A stretch of 64,000 nucleotides of DNA from an uncultured Clostridia bacterium (GCA_944390975.1 CALXRX010000005.1:8182-72181), one strand, 5' to 3'; numbered from the stretch's first letter, positions 51,435 through 61,994 are shown. Notes: generated by a model not told the origin, from the letters alone. Numbers and translations: made by a program.

Positions 51435-51836
51435 CTACAAACTAAAACTATGAGGTAATAAATCTGAAATAGAATATTCCTCAACAGTATCATTTTCACC
51501 AAAACAAGCATAAACTTTAAAGTTAGTATCTACATATTGGCTCATAAACTGTCTACAGTATCCGCAAGGCAAGCATCTTTCTAAAATAGGAGTATCTTTA
51601 AATCCACCAACTACAACAATATAACTAAAATTTCGTTCACCTTCAGATAGAGCCTTTACAAAAGCAGTTCTTTCAGCACAAATACTTTGTATACCATCAT
51701 TTTCAATATTGCATCCAGAATAGTGTTTACCATCTGGTGTAACTAGGCAAGCACCAACAAAGTATTTATCAGCACAAGCATTAAGTCGAGTCTTTTTTGC
51801 AATATTAATAGCATTTTGAATATCCATATTAATCAC
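51435..51836 (-). CDS. cdd: cytidine deaminase
   Basis: Zinc motifs CAER and PCGYCRQ. 133 aa. Confidence 0.8.
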   Translation of the reverse strand: MINMDIQNAINIAKKTRLNACADKYFVGACLVTPDGKHYSGCNIENDGIQSICAERTAFVKALSEGERNFSYIVVVGGFKDTPILERCLPCGYCRQFMSQYVDTNFKVYACFGENDTVEEYSISDLLPHSFSL

Positions 51837-51935
51837 ACTCTTTTTCTATAAATTTGTATTAATTATATAAATACGAAAAATAAAAGTCAACATTATCACA
51901 AAAAAGTTGATATAGTTTCAGACTATGAGTACTTA

Positions 51936-52085
51936 ATTGATAGATAATAGTATATAAATATTGAAGAACGATGAGGAGCCATAAGTGGGGACCAATAGAA
52001 ACTGTTAAAATGTGCAAACATTTTATACAGTTTCATTGGGGAATGGCGACTGTTCAAAATATTTATATACTATTATCTATCAATT
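51936..52085. repeat. MITE-like palindromic element, copy C (opposite orientation, perfect 27-bp terminal repeats attgatagataatagtatataaatatt, ~45-bp internal insertion)
   Basis: Shares terminal repeats and core with copies A, B, D and E. It additionally contains the palindrome aaactgttaaaatgtgcaaacattttatacagttt. Confidence 0.7.
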
Positions 52086-52227
52086 TTAAAAAAGTAAAAT
52101 AGTATAAACATTAACAAAAAGTTATGCAAATACATGTTAAAGTCTTGATTTTTATTGATTTTTATGTTAAGATAGATATGTATACAAATAAAGAGAGGTG
52201 AAACCTAAATAAATTTTAGGAATTAGT

Positions 52228-52524
52228 ATGAAAACAATAGTAAAAGAAAATAAGTTTATAGAAAGTGTAAAATTGTTCTTTGGAGGTTTAGTTGCAACAG
52301 ATGAAAACGTGCAATCTTCTACAATGGTAAGTGCCAAAGAAATAGAAAAACAAGAGCCAAATAAAGCATATATAAATAAACTAGAACAAGAAACTGGTAA
52401 AGCAAATATACCATTAGATAAAGATTTTGTACCTCATGCTAATATTTCTGAAAAAGAAGCATTAAGGAAGGCAGAAGAAAATGTAAAAGCAAAAAAGAAA
52501 GATGAAAAAATAAGAGAAAATTAA
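52228..52524 (+). CDS. small hypothetical protein (98 aa, Lys/Glu-rich)
   Basis: ORF only. The RBS is weak. Confidence 0.3.
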   Translation: MKTIVKENKFIESVKLFFGGLVATDENVQSSTMVSAKEIEKQEPNKAYINKLEQETGKANIPLDKDFVPHANISEKEALRKAEENVKAKKKDEKIREN

Positions 52525-52612
52525 ATAATAAATCAAAAAACTTAAAAAGAACTATTCTTTTTAAGTTTTTTTTGATATAATACAAACATTGATAAAAAGG
52601 AGAGGTTTTAAG

Positions 52613-54253
52613 GTGGATAAAAAAGTAAAATTAAGTTTTAACATAGTAGCAATTGTTTGTATTTTATTATTTTGTATAGCACTTACACCAGTTACATTAC
52701 AGAACGATACATTTTATACAATAAAAATTGGAGAACATATATTAGAAAATGGAATTGATATGCAAGATCCATTTTCAATACATGACTTACCATACACATA
52801 TCCTCATTGGTTATATGATGTTGGTATTTATTTAATTTATAATATTGGTGGAATGCCTGGAATATACTTATCTACAATGCTTTTAGCATGTATATTAGGT
52901 GTTTCAATTTATATGGTGAACAAAAAAATTGTAAAAAATGATTTAATTTCATTTTTATTAACAATGGAAGTAATGTATGTATTAGATGGATTTATAGCAG
53001 CACGAGCACAACTTGTAACTTACATTTTATTTACATTGCAAATATTCTTTATTGAAAAATTTATAGAAACAAAACATAAAAGATATGCAATAGGATTAAT
53101 AATAATACCAATAATTATAGCAAATGTGCATTTAGCCGTATGGCCATTCTACTTTGTTCCATTTTTACCTTATGTAGCAGAATATTTAATAGCATTAATT
53201 TTAGATTCTCATTTAATACATAAACTAGAAATTAAAATAATAAATTCTAGAATAAATAAATTAACTAAGAAACAGGGAAAACAAGAAGAAATTGCAAAAT
53301 TAGAAGAAACAAAGAAAATTAAAGAACAAAAATTTGAAAAATATAAAGAAAAACAAAATATAAGAAGACAAAATCCATATAAATTAAAAATTGAAAGAAA
53401 AGATAATGTAAAATGGTTAATAGTAATAATGATTATTTGTCTGTTTACAGGATTGCTTACACCTTTAGGAGATACACCATATACATACCTTATAAAAACA
53501 ATGCAAGGAAATACTACACAAAGTATTAATGAACATTTACCAACTGTACTAATAGAAGCACCTTATGTGTTAGCTATAATTGTGATTGCTTTATCAATAT
53601 TAATATTCACAGACACAAAAATAAGGTTAAAAGATTTCTTTATGCTAGGAGGATTAATACTTCTTGCACTAATGTCTAAGAGGCAATTATCAATGCTTGT
53701 ATTATTAGGTGTATATTCTATTAATAGAATGCTATGCGATTTATTTAACAAATACGATCCAAAGGGCTCAGAAACATTTACAAAAGTAATTGCTAGTGGA
53801 TTTGGTAGAATAATTACTTTATTATTAGTTGTATTGGTGTGTATAGTAATGTATAAACCAAAAGCAAAGGCGGAATTTATAGATGCAAATACATATCCAG
53901 TAGAAGCAGCAAAATATGTAAAAGAAAATTTAAACATTGAAAACATGCGATTATACAATGAATATAATTATGGTAGTTATTTATTATATGAAGATATACC
54001 AGTATTTATAGATTCAAGAGCAGACTTATATACACCAGAATTTAATGGTGATAAGGATAAAGACGTATTTACAGATTTTATAAGAGCTTCAAGTGTTAGT
54101 GTTCATTATGAAGATATTTTTGATAAATATGATATAACTCATTTACTAATACCTAATAATACAAAAATGAATTTATTTATAAGTAAAGATGAAAATTATA
54201 AAGAATTATATAAAGATTCTCGTTTTGTAATATATGAAAGACTTGTAAAATAA
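52613..54253 (+). CDS. large polytopic membrane protein with internal charged coiled-coil segment (possible GT-C-fold glycosyltransferase)
   Basis: Likely GTG start at 52613 after an AAGGAGAGG RBS; the ORF-track start is 52589. More than 10 predicted hydrophobic helices. No motif I can name securely. Confidence 0.4.
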   Translation: MDKKVKLSFNIVAIVCILLFCIALTPVTLQNDTFYTIKIGEHILENGIDMQDPFSIHDLPYTYPHWLYDVGIYLIYNIGGMPGIYLSTMLLACILGVSIYMVNKKIVKNDLISFLLTMEVMYVLDGFIAARAQLVTYILFTLQIFFIEKFIETKHKRYAIGLIIIPIIIANVHLAVWPFYFVPFLPYVAEYLIALILDSHLIHKLEIKIINSRINKLTKKQGKQEEIAKLEETKKIKEQKFEKYKEKQNIRRQNPYKLKIERKDNVKWLIVIMIICLFTGLLTPLGDTPYTYLIKTMQGNTTQSINEHLPTVLIEAPYVLAIIVIALSILIFTDTKIRLKDFFMLGGLILLALMSKRQLSMLVLLGVYSINRMLCDLFNKYDPKGSETFTKVIASGFGRIITLLLVVLVCIVMYKPKAKAEFIDANTYPVEAAKYVKENLNIENMRLYNEYNYGSYLLYEDIPVFIDSRADLYTPEFNGDKDKDVFTDFIRASSVSVHYEDIFDKYDITHLLIPNNTKMNLFISKDENYKELYKDSRFVIYERLVK

Positions 54254-54266
54254 GGAGAAAATAAAA

Positions 54267-54767
54267 ATGGTAAAACAAAAGAAAAATAAGCCTGTACTTT
54301 ATGGTATAAGCATATTAGTAATATTACTTATATTAGACCAAATAACTAAAGCCATTATTATCAGCAATAATTTAAACAAAACAATAATACCAAATGTTTT
54401 AGAAATAACTAATGTACAAAATACAGGAGGAGCATTTGGAGTAGGACAAGGGAATACTACAATGTTTATTATTACAAATATTGTAGTACTAGGGCTCATT
54501 ATAAGATTTATATACTTACAAAAAGATTTCATGGATAAAATAACATTATACACACTATTTATAATATTAGCAGGAGGCTTTGGAAATTTAATAGATAGAT
54601 TATTTAGAGGATTTGTAGTAGATTTTATTAAAATATTTCCAAGCACTAATTTTCCAGTATTTAATTTAGCAGATATATATATTACATTAGGATGGATATT
54701 TTTAGCATTCATTTTTGCATTATTTACATATAAAGAAATAAAAAATAACAAGAAAGTAAAGGAGTAA
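54267..54767 (+). CDS. lspA: lipoprotein signal peptidase II
   Basis: GGFGNLIDRL...GFVVDFI...FPVFNLADIYIT motifs of LspA. The adjacency with rluD matches Bacillus. Confidence 0.8.
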   Translation: MVKQKKNKPVLYGISILVILLILDQITKAIIISNNLNKTIIPNVLEITNVQNTGGAFGVGQGNTTMFIITNIVVLGLIIRFIYLQKDFMDKITLYTLFIILAGGFGNLIDRLFRGFVVDFIKIFPSTNFPVFNLADIYITLGWIFLAFIFALFTYKEIKNNKKVKE

Positions 54768-54770
54768 AAT

Positions 54771-55526
54771 ATGCGTAATACAATTTCAATATTAGGAGTT
54801 CAAATTGATGCAGTTACAAGAGAAGAAGCGGGAAAAATAACAGAAAATTTAATAAAACAGAGCAATAAATCTTGTAAAATGATATTTGCACCTAATGTAG
54901 AATTTATTATGTATGCACAAAAAGATAAAGAATTTTTTGATATATTAAAGCAATCAAGTTTATCTACTCCAGATAGCATAGGAGTAATTATAGGTGCAAA
55001 ACTTCAAGGAAAAACTTTTCCAGAAAGAATACCAGGTCAAAGTTATTTTAGAAAAGTAATAGAACTATCAAATGAAAAAGGATATTCTATATATTTACTT
55101 GGAGGAGAGCCAGGAATAGCAGAAAAAACTAAAGAAAATTTAGAAAAGATATTCCCAAATGTTAATATAATTGGATATCATCATGGATATTTTAATGAAA
55201 ATGAGGAAAAAGAAGTAATTTCAGAAATTAACAAATTAAAACCAAATGTCTTATTTGTAGCATTAGGAGCACCCAAACAAGAAAAATGGATTTATAAGCA
55301 TAGAAATGAACTAAAAGTAGATGTTGCAACAGGGCAAGGAGGAACATATGATTATGAAGCAGGAAAAATAAAAAGAGCTCCAGTTTGGATACAAAAAATT
55401 GGTATGGAATGGTTTTGGAGACTATGTAGAGAGCCAAAAAGAATAAAAAGACAATTAGTATTACCAATATATTTAATAAAAGTATTATTTAAGAAAGACA
55501 AAACAAAGGGAAAATTTGACATTTAA
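54771..55526 (+). CDS. tagA: WecB/TagA/CpsF-family glycosyltransferase
   Basis: N-terminal ISILGVQIDAVT and the LGAPKQEKWI motif. Confidence 0.65.
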   Translation: MRNTISILGVQIDAVTREEAGKITENLIKQSNKSCKMIFAPNVEFIMYAQKDKEFFDILKQSSLSTPDSIGVIIGAKLQGKTFPERIPGQSYFRKVIELSNEKGYSIYLLGGEPGIAEKTKENLEKIFPNVNIIGYHHGYFNENEEKEVISEINKLKPNVLFVALGAPKQEKWIYKHRNELKVDVATGQGGTYDYEAGKIKRAPVWIQKIGMEWFWRLCREPKRIKRQLVLPIYLIKVLFKKDKTKGKFDI

Positions 55527-55538
55527 AAGGAGAAAAAA

Positions 55539-56447
55539 TTGAAACAATTTATAGTAGAAGAACAATTCAAAAATTTAAGACTAGATAAAGTAATTGCTAA
55601 AAACTATCCTGAATTATCTAGAACTAATATTCAAAAATTAATTGAAAATAACAAAATAACAGTAAATAATAAAATTGAAAAAGCATCATATAAGGTTTTG
55701 CCAGGTGATAAAATTTCAATAGAAGAAATAGAAGTAAAACCAGTTGATCTAAAACCACAAAATATACCTTTAGACGTAATATATGAAGACGACGATATTA
55801 TTGTTATAAACAAACAAAAAGGATTAGTTGTACATCCAGCAAATGGCAATCCTGATGGAACATTAGTAAATGCAATAATGGCATTGTGCAAGGATTCGTT
55901 ATCTGGAATAGGAGGAGAATTAAGACCAGGAATTGTACATAGATTAGATAAAGATACATCTGGTCTAATAATAGTAGCAAAAAATGACAAATCGCATATA
56001 AATTTAAGTAATCAAATCAAAAATAGAGAAATAAAAAAGACATATATTGCATTAGTAAGAGGAGTTATTAAAGAAAATGAAGCAACAATAAATATGCCAA
56101 TAGCAAGAAGTACAAAAGATAGAAAGAAAATGGCAGTTTCAAAAGATGGAAAAGAAGCAATAACACATTTTAAAGTAATAAAAAGATATGATAAATATAC
56201 ATTAATAGAAGTAAAAATTGAAACAGGAAGAACTCATCAAATTAGAGTACATATGTCTCAAATAGGATATCCAATAGTAGGGGATGCGGTATATTCAAAT
56301 GGTAAAAATCCATTTGGAGTTGTAGGACAAATGTTACATTCTGCAAAATTAACCTTTAAACATCCTATTACTAATGAAGAAATAAACTTAGAAGCACCAC
56401 TTCCTAAGTATTTTTTAGAAGTATTAAATAAATTAGACAACCTATAA
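55539..56447 (+). CDS. rluD: RluA-family 23S rRNA pseudouridine synthase (RluD-like)
   Basis: TTG start. S4 domain plus the HRLDKDTSGLIIVAKN catalytic motif. Confidence 0.8.
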   Translation: MKQFIVEEQFKNLRLDKVIAKNYPELSRTNIQKLIENNKITVNNKIEKASYKVLPGDKISIEEIEVKPVDLKPQNIPLDVIYEDDDIIVINKQKGLVVHPANGNPDGTLVNAIMALCKDSLSGIGGELRPGIVHRLDKDTSGLIIVAKNDKSHINLSNQIKNREIKKTYIALVRGVIKENEATINMPIARSTKDRKKMAVSKDGKEAITHFKVIKRYDKYTLIEVKIETGRTHQIRVHMSQIGYPIVGDAVYSNGKNPFGVVGQMLHSAKLTFKHPITNEEINLEAPLPKYFLEVLNKLDNL

Positions 56448-56633
56448 ATAAAAATATAAAAAAATGCCCCATACCTATATAATTTGTATGGGTGCACATT
56501 CGTTTATAATAAACGAAAAATCTATATAAACTTTATACCTATATAAATAATAGGTATAAAGAAAATAAATAACATGCTTGTATAAATATTATATGTAAAA
56601 AAGAAATTTATGTTACAAGAAAAAAGGAGTTTT

Positions 56634-57356
56634 ATGGAGGAAATAAGATTACAAAAATATATGGCAGATTGTGGAATAGCTGCTAGAAGAAAATGCGAAG
56701 AATATATTTTATCTGGACAAGTAAAAGTAAATGGGATTATTGCAAGTTTGGGAATTAAAGTAAATCCTAAAACTGATGTAGTAGAATTTAGAGGAAAACA
56801 AGTGCAATATCCAGAAGAAAGCAAAAAATATATATTATTAAACAAACCAATAGGATATGTAACAACAGTAAAGGACCAATTTTCAAGACAAACAGTTTTA
56901 GACTTAGTAAAAGGAATAGATGCAAGACTAGTTCCAGTAGGAAGGCTTGATATGTATACAAGTGGTGCATTAATTTTAACTAATGATGGAGAATTTGTAT
57001 ATAAGGTAACACACCCTAAGTATGAAATTAAAAAGACGTATATAGCAACAATTATAGGAATAGTGCAAAATGAAAAAATTGAAGAACTAAGAAAGGGAGT
57101 AGATATTGGAGGATATATTACAAAACCTGCAAAAGTAAAAATAATAAAAATAGATAAAGAAAAAAATATATCAAGAATAGAAATTATAATTCATGAAGGA
57201 AAGAATAGAGAAGTAAGAAAAATGTGTGAAAAAGTAGGGTATAAAGTGATGGCATTACATAGAAGCAAAATAGGAAATATAGACGTCAAAAACTTAAAAA
57301 TAGGAAATTGGAGATACTTAAGTTTAGACGAAGTAAAATCAATACTTAAAAGTTAA
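56634..57356 (+). CDS. RsuA/RluB-family rRNA pseudouridine synthase
   Basis: S4 domain (LQKYMADCGIAARRK) plus VGRLDMYTSGALILTNDG. Likely ATG at 56634 after AAGGAG. Confidence 0.7.
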   Translation: MEEIRLQKYMADCGIAARRKCEEYILSGQVKVNGIIASLGIKVNPKTDVVEFRGKQVQYPEESKKYILLNKPIGYVTTVKDQFSRQTVLDLVKGIDARLVPVGRLDMYTSGALILTNDGEFVYKVTHPKYEIKKTYIATIIGIVQNEKIEELRKGVDIGGYITKPAKVKIIKIDKEKNISRIEIIIHEGKNREVRKMCEKVGYKVMALHRSKIGNIDVKNLKIGNWRYLSLDEVKSILKS

Positions 57357-57438
57357 AATAATTTTTGATAACTTATTTACAATCAAATAAAATATTTATA
57401 TAATCATGTTGAAATACTAAAGAAAAAAGGTGATAAAA

Positions 57439-58242
57439 ATGGACTATCAAAAATTTATTCCAGAAGGATGGGTATATGAAAATAAGCAAATTACACCATT
57501 AGATATACAATCCGCATATCAAAATGGAGATATTATGAATGGATTTGTAACAAAGTGTGATTCTAATTATAATTTACATATTGATTTGGGAAATAATATA
57601 AAAGGAATTATACCAAGAGAAGAAGTTGAAGCAATAAATGTAGATGAAACAGGTTTTCCTAAACCCAATATATGTATTAACAAAGTAAACAAGATAGTTC
57701 AATTTAAAGTAAAAGATATAAAACAAGAAGACTTAGTTATTTTATCAAGAAAAGAAGTTGGAAAAGAAGCTTTAAACTGGGTAAAAAATGACTTAAAAGA
57801 GGGGATGATAGTCCACGGAATAGTAAAAAATATACGCCCTTATGGAGTATTTGTTGAAATAGGTGGAGGAATAGCAGGTTTACTTCATATAGAAGATATA
57901 TCTGTATCCAGAATTAAAACACCAGAAGAAAGGTTTAAAATTGGACAAAAAATAAAAGTTATGATAAAATACATAGATAGAACAAAAGAAAGAATAGTTC
58001 TTACATATAAAGAACTTCTAGGAACATGGGAAGACAACATAAAAGATTTTTCTGAAGGAGATACAGTCCAAGGGATTGTAAGAGAAGAAGAAAAATATAA
58101 AAATGGAATTTTTGTTGAACTAAGGCCAAACTTGGTAGGACTAGCTGACTACAAAGAAAATATACATTATGGACAAAATGTAAAAGTAAATATTAGAAAA
58201 ATTATTCCTGAAAAGAAAAAAGTAAAATTAGTTTTTGTTTAA
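57439..58242 (+). CDS. S1 RNA-binding domain protein (two S1-like domains)
   Basis: GMIVHGIVKNIRPYGVFVEIGGGIAGLLHIEDIS and GDTVQGIV...GIFVEL S1 motifs. Confidence 0.5.
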   Translation: MDYQKFIPEGWVYENKQITPLDIQSAYQNGDIMNGFVTKCDSNYNLHIDLGNNIKGIIPREEVEAINVDETGFPKPNICINKVNKIVQFKVKDIKQEDLVILSRKEVGKEALNWVKNDLKEGMIVHGIVKNIRPYGVFVEIGGGIAGLLHIEDISVSRIKTPEERFKIGQKIKVMIKYIDRTKERIVLTYKELLGTWEDNIKDFSEGDTVQGIVREEEKYKNGIFVELRPNLVGLADYKENIHYGQNVKVNIRKIIPEKKKVKLVFV

Positions 58243-58257
58243 AAGGAGGAGTTTAAT

Positions 58258-59196
58258 ATGGTTGAAGATAACCAAATTGAAGCAAAAAATTCACCATTTG
58301 CAATTAGAGAAGGTGAAATTAAAGTATTTGATGGAAAAGATGGATACGTTTCCATGAATCAAATTGTACATAAGATTAATATAGGGCATATTAATGATTT
58401 GCATTTTAAAATACTAGAATTAGTAAATGAATTTGAATTTATCACATCAAGACAATTATGCCAAATGTTATCTTGGAAAGGAATAGATTACAAATCTCAA
58501 GATAAATTAAATAATAAATTAGAACAATTAGTAAAATCAAAAATATTAACAAGATACTACTTTTCTTCAGAAGAAGGAAAGGGAATTTATAGAATTTACT
58601 GTTTAGAAAAAATGGGTAAATACTTATTAAATTCAAAAGAAATTGAATGTAAATGGCAACCAACAGATAACACAAAACCAGTTGCAATGATTAAAAAAAG
58701 ATTAGCTGGAAACCAAACAATTATTGCATATTTAAGAAAAGTAAAAGCATTTGATGAATATACTGTAAAACCAACAATTACTGCAAAAACATTGGCAAAA
58801 ACTTTTAAAGCGACAGGTGGTAGTGTTAAATTAACAAAAAATAATAAATCTATCATATTCCTTTTTGAAGTAATAAGAAGGGAAGAAGACTGGGAGAAAA
58901 AACTAATAGATAAAATGAGATTATATCAAGATTTCTATAATAATTTCGTTTTAGGAGATTCAGGATTTAATGCAATGCCACAATTAATATTTGTATGTGA
59001 AGATGAAAAAAATATGGCAGAAACATTTAGAACTATTGTTACAAATAAATTAGAAATACCAGAAATTAAACTATATTATACAACAGATTTAAGACAAAAT
59101 AATGAAACTTTATCAAAAACATTAGTAGAATTTAAGTTAGATGAAACAACAAATAAATATAAAATGGAAGATGTTGAACTTAAATTATTAGATTAA
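58258..59196 (+). CDS. hypothetical protein (312 aa)
   Basis: ORF with an AAGGAGG RBS. No recognisable motif. Confidence 0.35.
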   Translation: MVEDNQIEAKNSPFAIREGEIKVFDGKDGYVSMNQIVHKINIGHINDLHFKILELVNEFEFITSRQLCQMLSWKGIDYKSQDKLNNKLEQLVKSKILTRYYFSSEEGKGIYRIYCLEKMGKYLLNSKEIECKWQPTDNTKPVAMIKKRLAGNQTIIAYLRKVKAFDEYTVKPTITAKTLAKTFKATGGSVKLTKNNKSIIFLFEVIRREEDWEKKLIDKMRLYQDFYNNFVLGDSGFNAMPQLIFVCEDEKNMAETFRTIVTNKLEIPEIKLYYTTDLRQNNETLSKTLVEFKLDETTNKYKMEDVELKLLD

Positions 59197-59284
59197 AAAT
59201 AATATATAGATAAATAAATATTAAAAATATATAACAGCAATTTTTGTACAACACTTATAAAATTATAATAAAGGAGAAATTAAT

Positions 59285-60211
59285 ATGGAAGAAATAAATG
59301 CTATAATATTTGGACACAAAAATCCAGATACAGATTCAATTTGTTCTAGCTTAGTAATGCAAAAATATAATAAAAATAATGGATGGAATACCAAAGCTGT
59401 AAGATTAGGAGAAATAAATAAAGAAACTACATTTGTACTAAATTATTTAGGGTTAGAAGCACCTGTTTTAATTAATAAAGTAGAAGATGGGCAATCAGTA
59501 ATATTAGTGGATCATAACGAATTTTCACAAAGTGCAGATAATATAGAAAATGCTAAAATAGAAATGGTAGTAGACCACCATAGAATAGCTAATTTTGAAA
59601 CAAAAGAGCCACTTTATTATACAGCAAAACCATATGGTTGTACTTGTACAATTTTATATGAAGAATTTAAGAAAGCAAATATGAAAATAGAAAAAACAGA
59701 AGCAGTTTTAATGCTAAGTGCTATTGTTTCTGACACATTATTATTCAAATCACCTACATGTACAAAAAAGGATATTGAAGCATGTAATGAATTAGCAGAA
59801 ATTGCAGGTATAGATGTAAACACTTATGGCTTAGAAATGCTAAAAGCAGGTACAGACTTAAGCGATTATACTTCTGAACAATTAATTAATATTGATTCCA
59901 AAAAATTGGCTAGTGGAGATTTTAAATTTCAAGTTGCACAAGTAAATACAGCAAGTATAGAAGATGTATTAAAAAATAAAGAAGAAATTGAAAAAGCTAT
60001 TAAAGATGTTATAAAAACTAACGAATTAAAACTATTTGTATTTTTAATTACTGATATAATAAATAGTAATTCACAAGCAATTGTATTAGGTGATAATACA
60101 GAAGTATTTGAAAAAGCATTTAATAAAAAATTAGAAAATAATATGGCATTTTTAGAAGGCGTTGTTTCAAGAAAAAAACAAGTTGTACCATTCATTTTAA
60201 ATAATATATAG
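59285..60211 (+). CDS. ppaC: manganese-dependent inorganic pyrophosphatase (DHH family)
   Basis: DHH motifs GHKNPDTDSICS, LVDHNE and VVDHHR, plus a DHHA2 C-terminal domain. Confidence 0.85.
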   Translation: MEEINAIIFGHKNPDTDSICSSLVMQKYNKNNGWNTKAVRLGEINKETTFVLNYLGLEAPVLINKVEDGQSVILVDHNEFSQSADNIENAKIEMVVDHHRIANFETKEPLYYTAKPYGCTCTILYEEFKKANMKIEKTEAVLMLSAIVSDTLLFKSPTCTKKDIEACNELAEIAGIDVNTYGLEMLKAGTDLSDYTSEQLINIDSKKLASGDFKFQVAQVNTASIEDVLKNKEEIEKAIKDVIKTNELKLFVFLITDIINSNSQAIVLGDNTEVFEKAFNKKLENNMAFLEGVVSRKKQVVPFILNNI

Positions 60212-60237
60212 TTAAAATTCAGAACTATAAGTACTTA

Positions 60238-60330
60238 AAGTTAATTGTATATAAATATTGAAGAACGATGAGGAGCCATAAGTGGGAATGGCGGCTGTTC
60301 AAAATATTTATATACTATTATCTATTGATT
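60238..60330. repeat. MITE-like palindromic element, copy D (opposite orientation)
   Basis: ttgtatataaatattgaagaacgatgaggagccataagtgggaatggcggctgttcaaaatatttatatac. Confidence 0.7.
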
Positions 60331-60366
60331 TAAAAAAGTAAAATAGACTAAACAATAACAACATAT

Positions 60367-60402
60367 AAAAACAGTAGCATAATATGGAATGCTACTGTTT
60401 TT
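60367..60402. terminator. bidirectional Rho-independent terminator (A-run, hairpin, T-run)
   Basis: acagtagcataatatggaatgctactgt. Serves ppaC on the + strand and the small minus-strand ORF. Confidence 0.65.
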
Positions 60403-60409
60403 ATGATAT

Positions 60410-60550
60410 TTAATTAGATTTATTATTTTTCTTTTGTACAAAATAAGCACAATTTAGAGCTGGTGTAACAGGTTTTGCTGAAATATTTTCAAAGCAACAT
60501 TTACCATCTTTTTGATAAACACAATTAGCTAAACAGTTTATGTTTGTCAA
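60410..60550 (-). CDS. DUF1540-like small Cys-rich protein (46 aa), not in the supplied ORF track
   Basis: Minus-strand TTG start after GAGGTG. Translation MTNINCLANCVYQKDGKCCFENISAKPVTPALNCAYFVQKKNNKSN has two (N)C..Y...C motifs. Confidence 0.5.
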   Translation of the reverse strand: MTNINCLANCVYQKDGKCCFENISAKPVTPALNCAYFVQKKNNKSN

Positions 60551-60612
60551 AACAATCACCTCTAAAGGCTAGTATTAGTTTAGTTTAAATTTTTATACAT
60601 TTATTTATATAA

Positions 60613-61257
60613 TTATTGTTTAAATTTACCATAACTATTACAAAAAGATTTAATAGTACATATTTCACATTTAGGATTTCTAGAATCACAAGTTTTTCTA
60701 CCATGCCAAACAAATAAGTGATTTATATCCTTTAAATATTCTTTTGGAAAAATTTTTAGTAAATCCTGTTCTATTTTTTCAGGAGTAGCATTATTAGAAA
60801 GACCAATTCTATTAGAAATTCTTTTAGCATGAGTATCTACTGCTATACCTTCAGCAATTCCAAACACTTCAAGTAAAATAACATTTGCACTTTTTCTACC
60901 CACACCAGGAAGGCTTGTAAGTTCTTCCATAGTATGAGGTACAACTCCATTAAAATCTTCAACTATTTTTTTTGCACAAGCTTTAATATTTTTTGCTTTA
61001 TTTTTATAAAAGCCACATGGATGAATTAAAGTTTCTAACTCAGTTATATCAATATTTGCGAAATCTTCTGGAGTAGAATATTTTGCAAATATTTGAGGTG
61101 TAGTTTTATTTACTCTTTCATCTGTACATTGTGCAGATAACATAACAGAAACTACTAATTCAAATGGATTTGAAAAATCTAAACTACAAGTTGCATCTGG
61201 ATATGTCTTTTTTAGTGTATCAATTAATTTTATTGTATTATTTTTATCTAAATTCAT
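60613..61257 (-). CDS. nth: endonuclease III
   Basis: HhH-GPD domain and the [4Fe-4S] cluster motif C...CDSRNPKCEICTIKSFC. Confidence 0.85.
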   Translation of the reverse strand: MNLDKNNTIKLIDTLKKTYPDATCSLDFSNPFELVVSVMLSAQCTDERVNKTTPQIFAKYSTPEDFANIDITELETLIHPCGFYKNKAKNIKACAKKIVEDFNGVVPHTMEELTSLPGVGRKSANVILLEVFGIAEGIAVDTHAKRISNRIGLSNNATPEKIEQDLLKIFPKEYLKDINHLFVWHGRKTCDSRNPKCEICTIKSFCNSYGKFKQ

Positions 61258-61315
61258 TTTATCACCTTTTTTTAATAATTTAATATAATATATTAAGGAT
61301 TGGAGGTAAGGTATT

Positions 61316-61465
61316 ATGTTTGGAATACTTAAAAAAACTTGTGGTGTATGTTTAATTGGTTTAGGTTTAGGTATACTCCTTGTTTTATTACTTCCAGTTA
61401 CTGGATGGCTATTCTTAATTGGAGTAGCAATCCTAATATTAGGTTTAATTTGGCTTTCATGTTAA
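61316..61465 (+). CDS. small hydrophobic membrane peptide (49 aa)
   Basis: ATG after GGAGGTAAGG. Translation MFGILKKTCGVCLIGLGLGILLVLLLPVTGWLFLIGVAILILGLIWLSC. Confidence 0.3.
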   Translation: MFGILKKTCGVCLIGLGLGILLVLLLPVTGWLFLIGVAILILGLIWLSC

Positions 61466-61614
61466 AATATAAAAAGGAGAGTGTTATATATGCAAATAGT
61501 TGTTAAGAAAGTGCCTAAATTTTTAAGAGGTTTTGTTAAACTAATCTTTGGTATAAAAGACTAGTACATAGCAAAATAAAATATACATTTTGTGTTATAG
61601 AGAAGAAATCTCTA

Positions 61615-61645
61615 TAACACAAAAAAAGTAGGTTATGCCTACTTT
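61615..61645 (-). terminator. Rho-independent terminator for rpmB
   Basis: aagtaggcataacctactt hairpin followed by T7 on the minus strand. Confidence 0.65.
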
Positions 61646-61657
61646 TAAAATTATTCT

Positions 61658-61855
61658 TTATGCTCTTGTAACTTTTCCTGCACGTAAACATTTTGCACAT
61701 ACAGTAATTCTTTTTGGTTCTCCATTAACCATAGCTTTTACAGTTCTAATATTTGGTTTCCAAGTTCTAGATGTTCTCTTACTAATATGAGAACGAGTAA
61801 TACTTAATTTATTTCCATGAGATAAAGTTTTTTCACAAATTACACATTTTGCCAT
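61658..61855 (-). CDS. rpmB: 50S ribosomal protein L28
   Basis: MAKCVICEK...TRSHISKRTSRTWKPNI...RITVCAKCLRAGKV matches L28. The true start is the MAK codon, not the upstream in-frame ATG. Confidence 0.85.
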   Translation of the reverse strand: MAKCVICEKTLSHGNKLSITRSHISKRTSRTWKPNIRTVKAMVNGEPKRITVCAKCLRAGKVTRA

Positions 61856-61994
61856 TTTAAATTGCACCTCCTATAAAGTTAATAAATTGTCTACTAAATA
61901 GTTTAACACAGTATTAAAAAAAAAACAATAGTTTATTGGAAATTTTTATTTATTATGGTAAAATAAAGTTACTGTTCAACCTATAAATAGTTAA

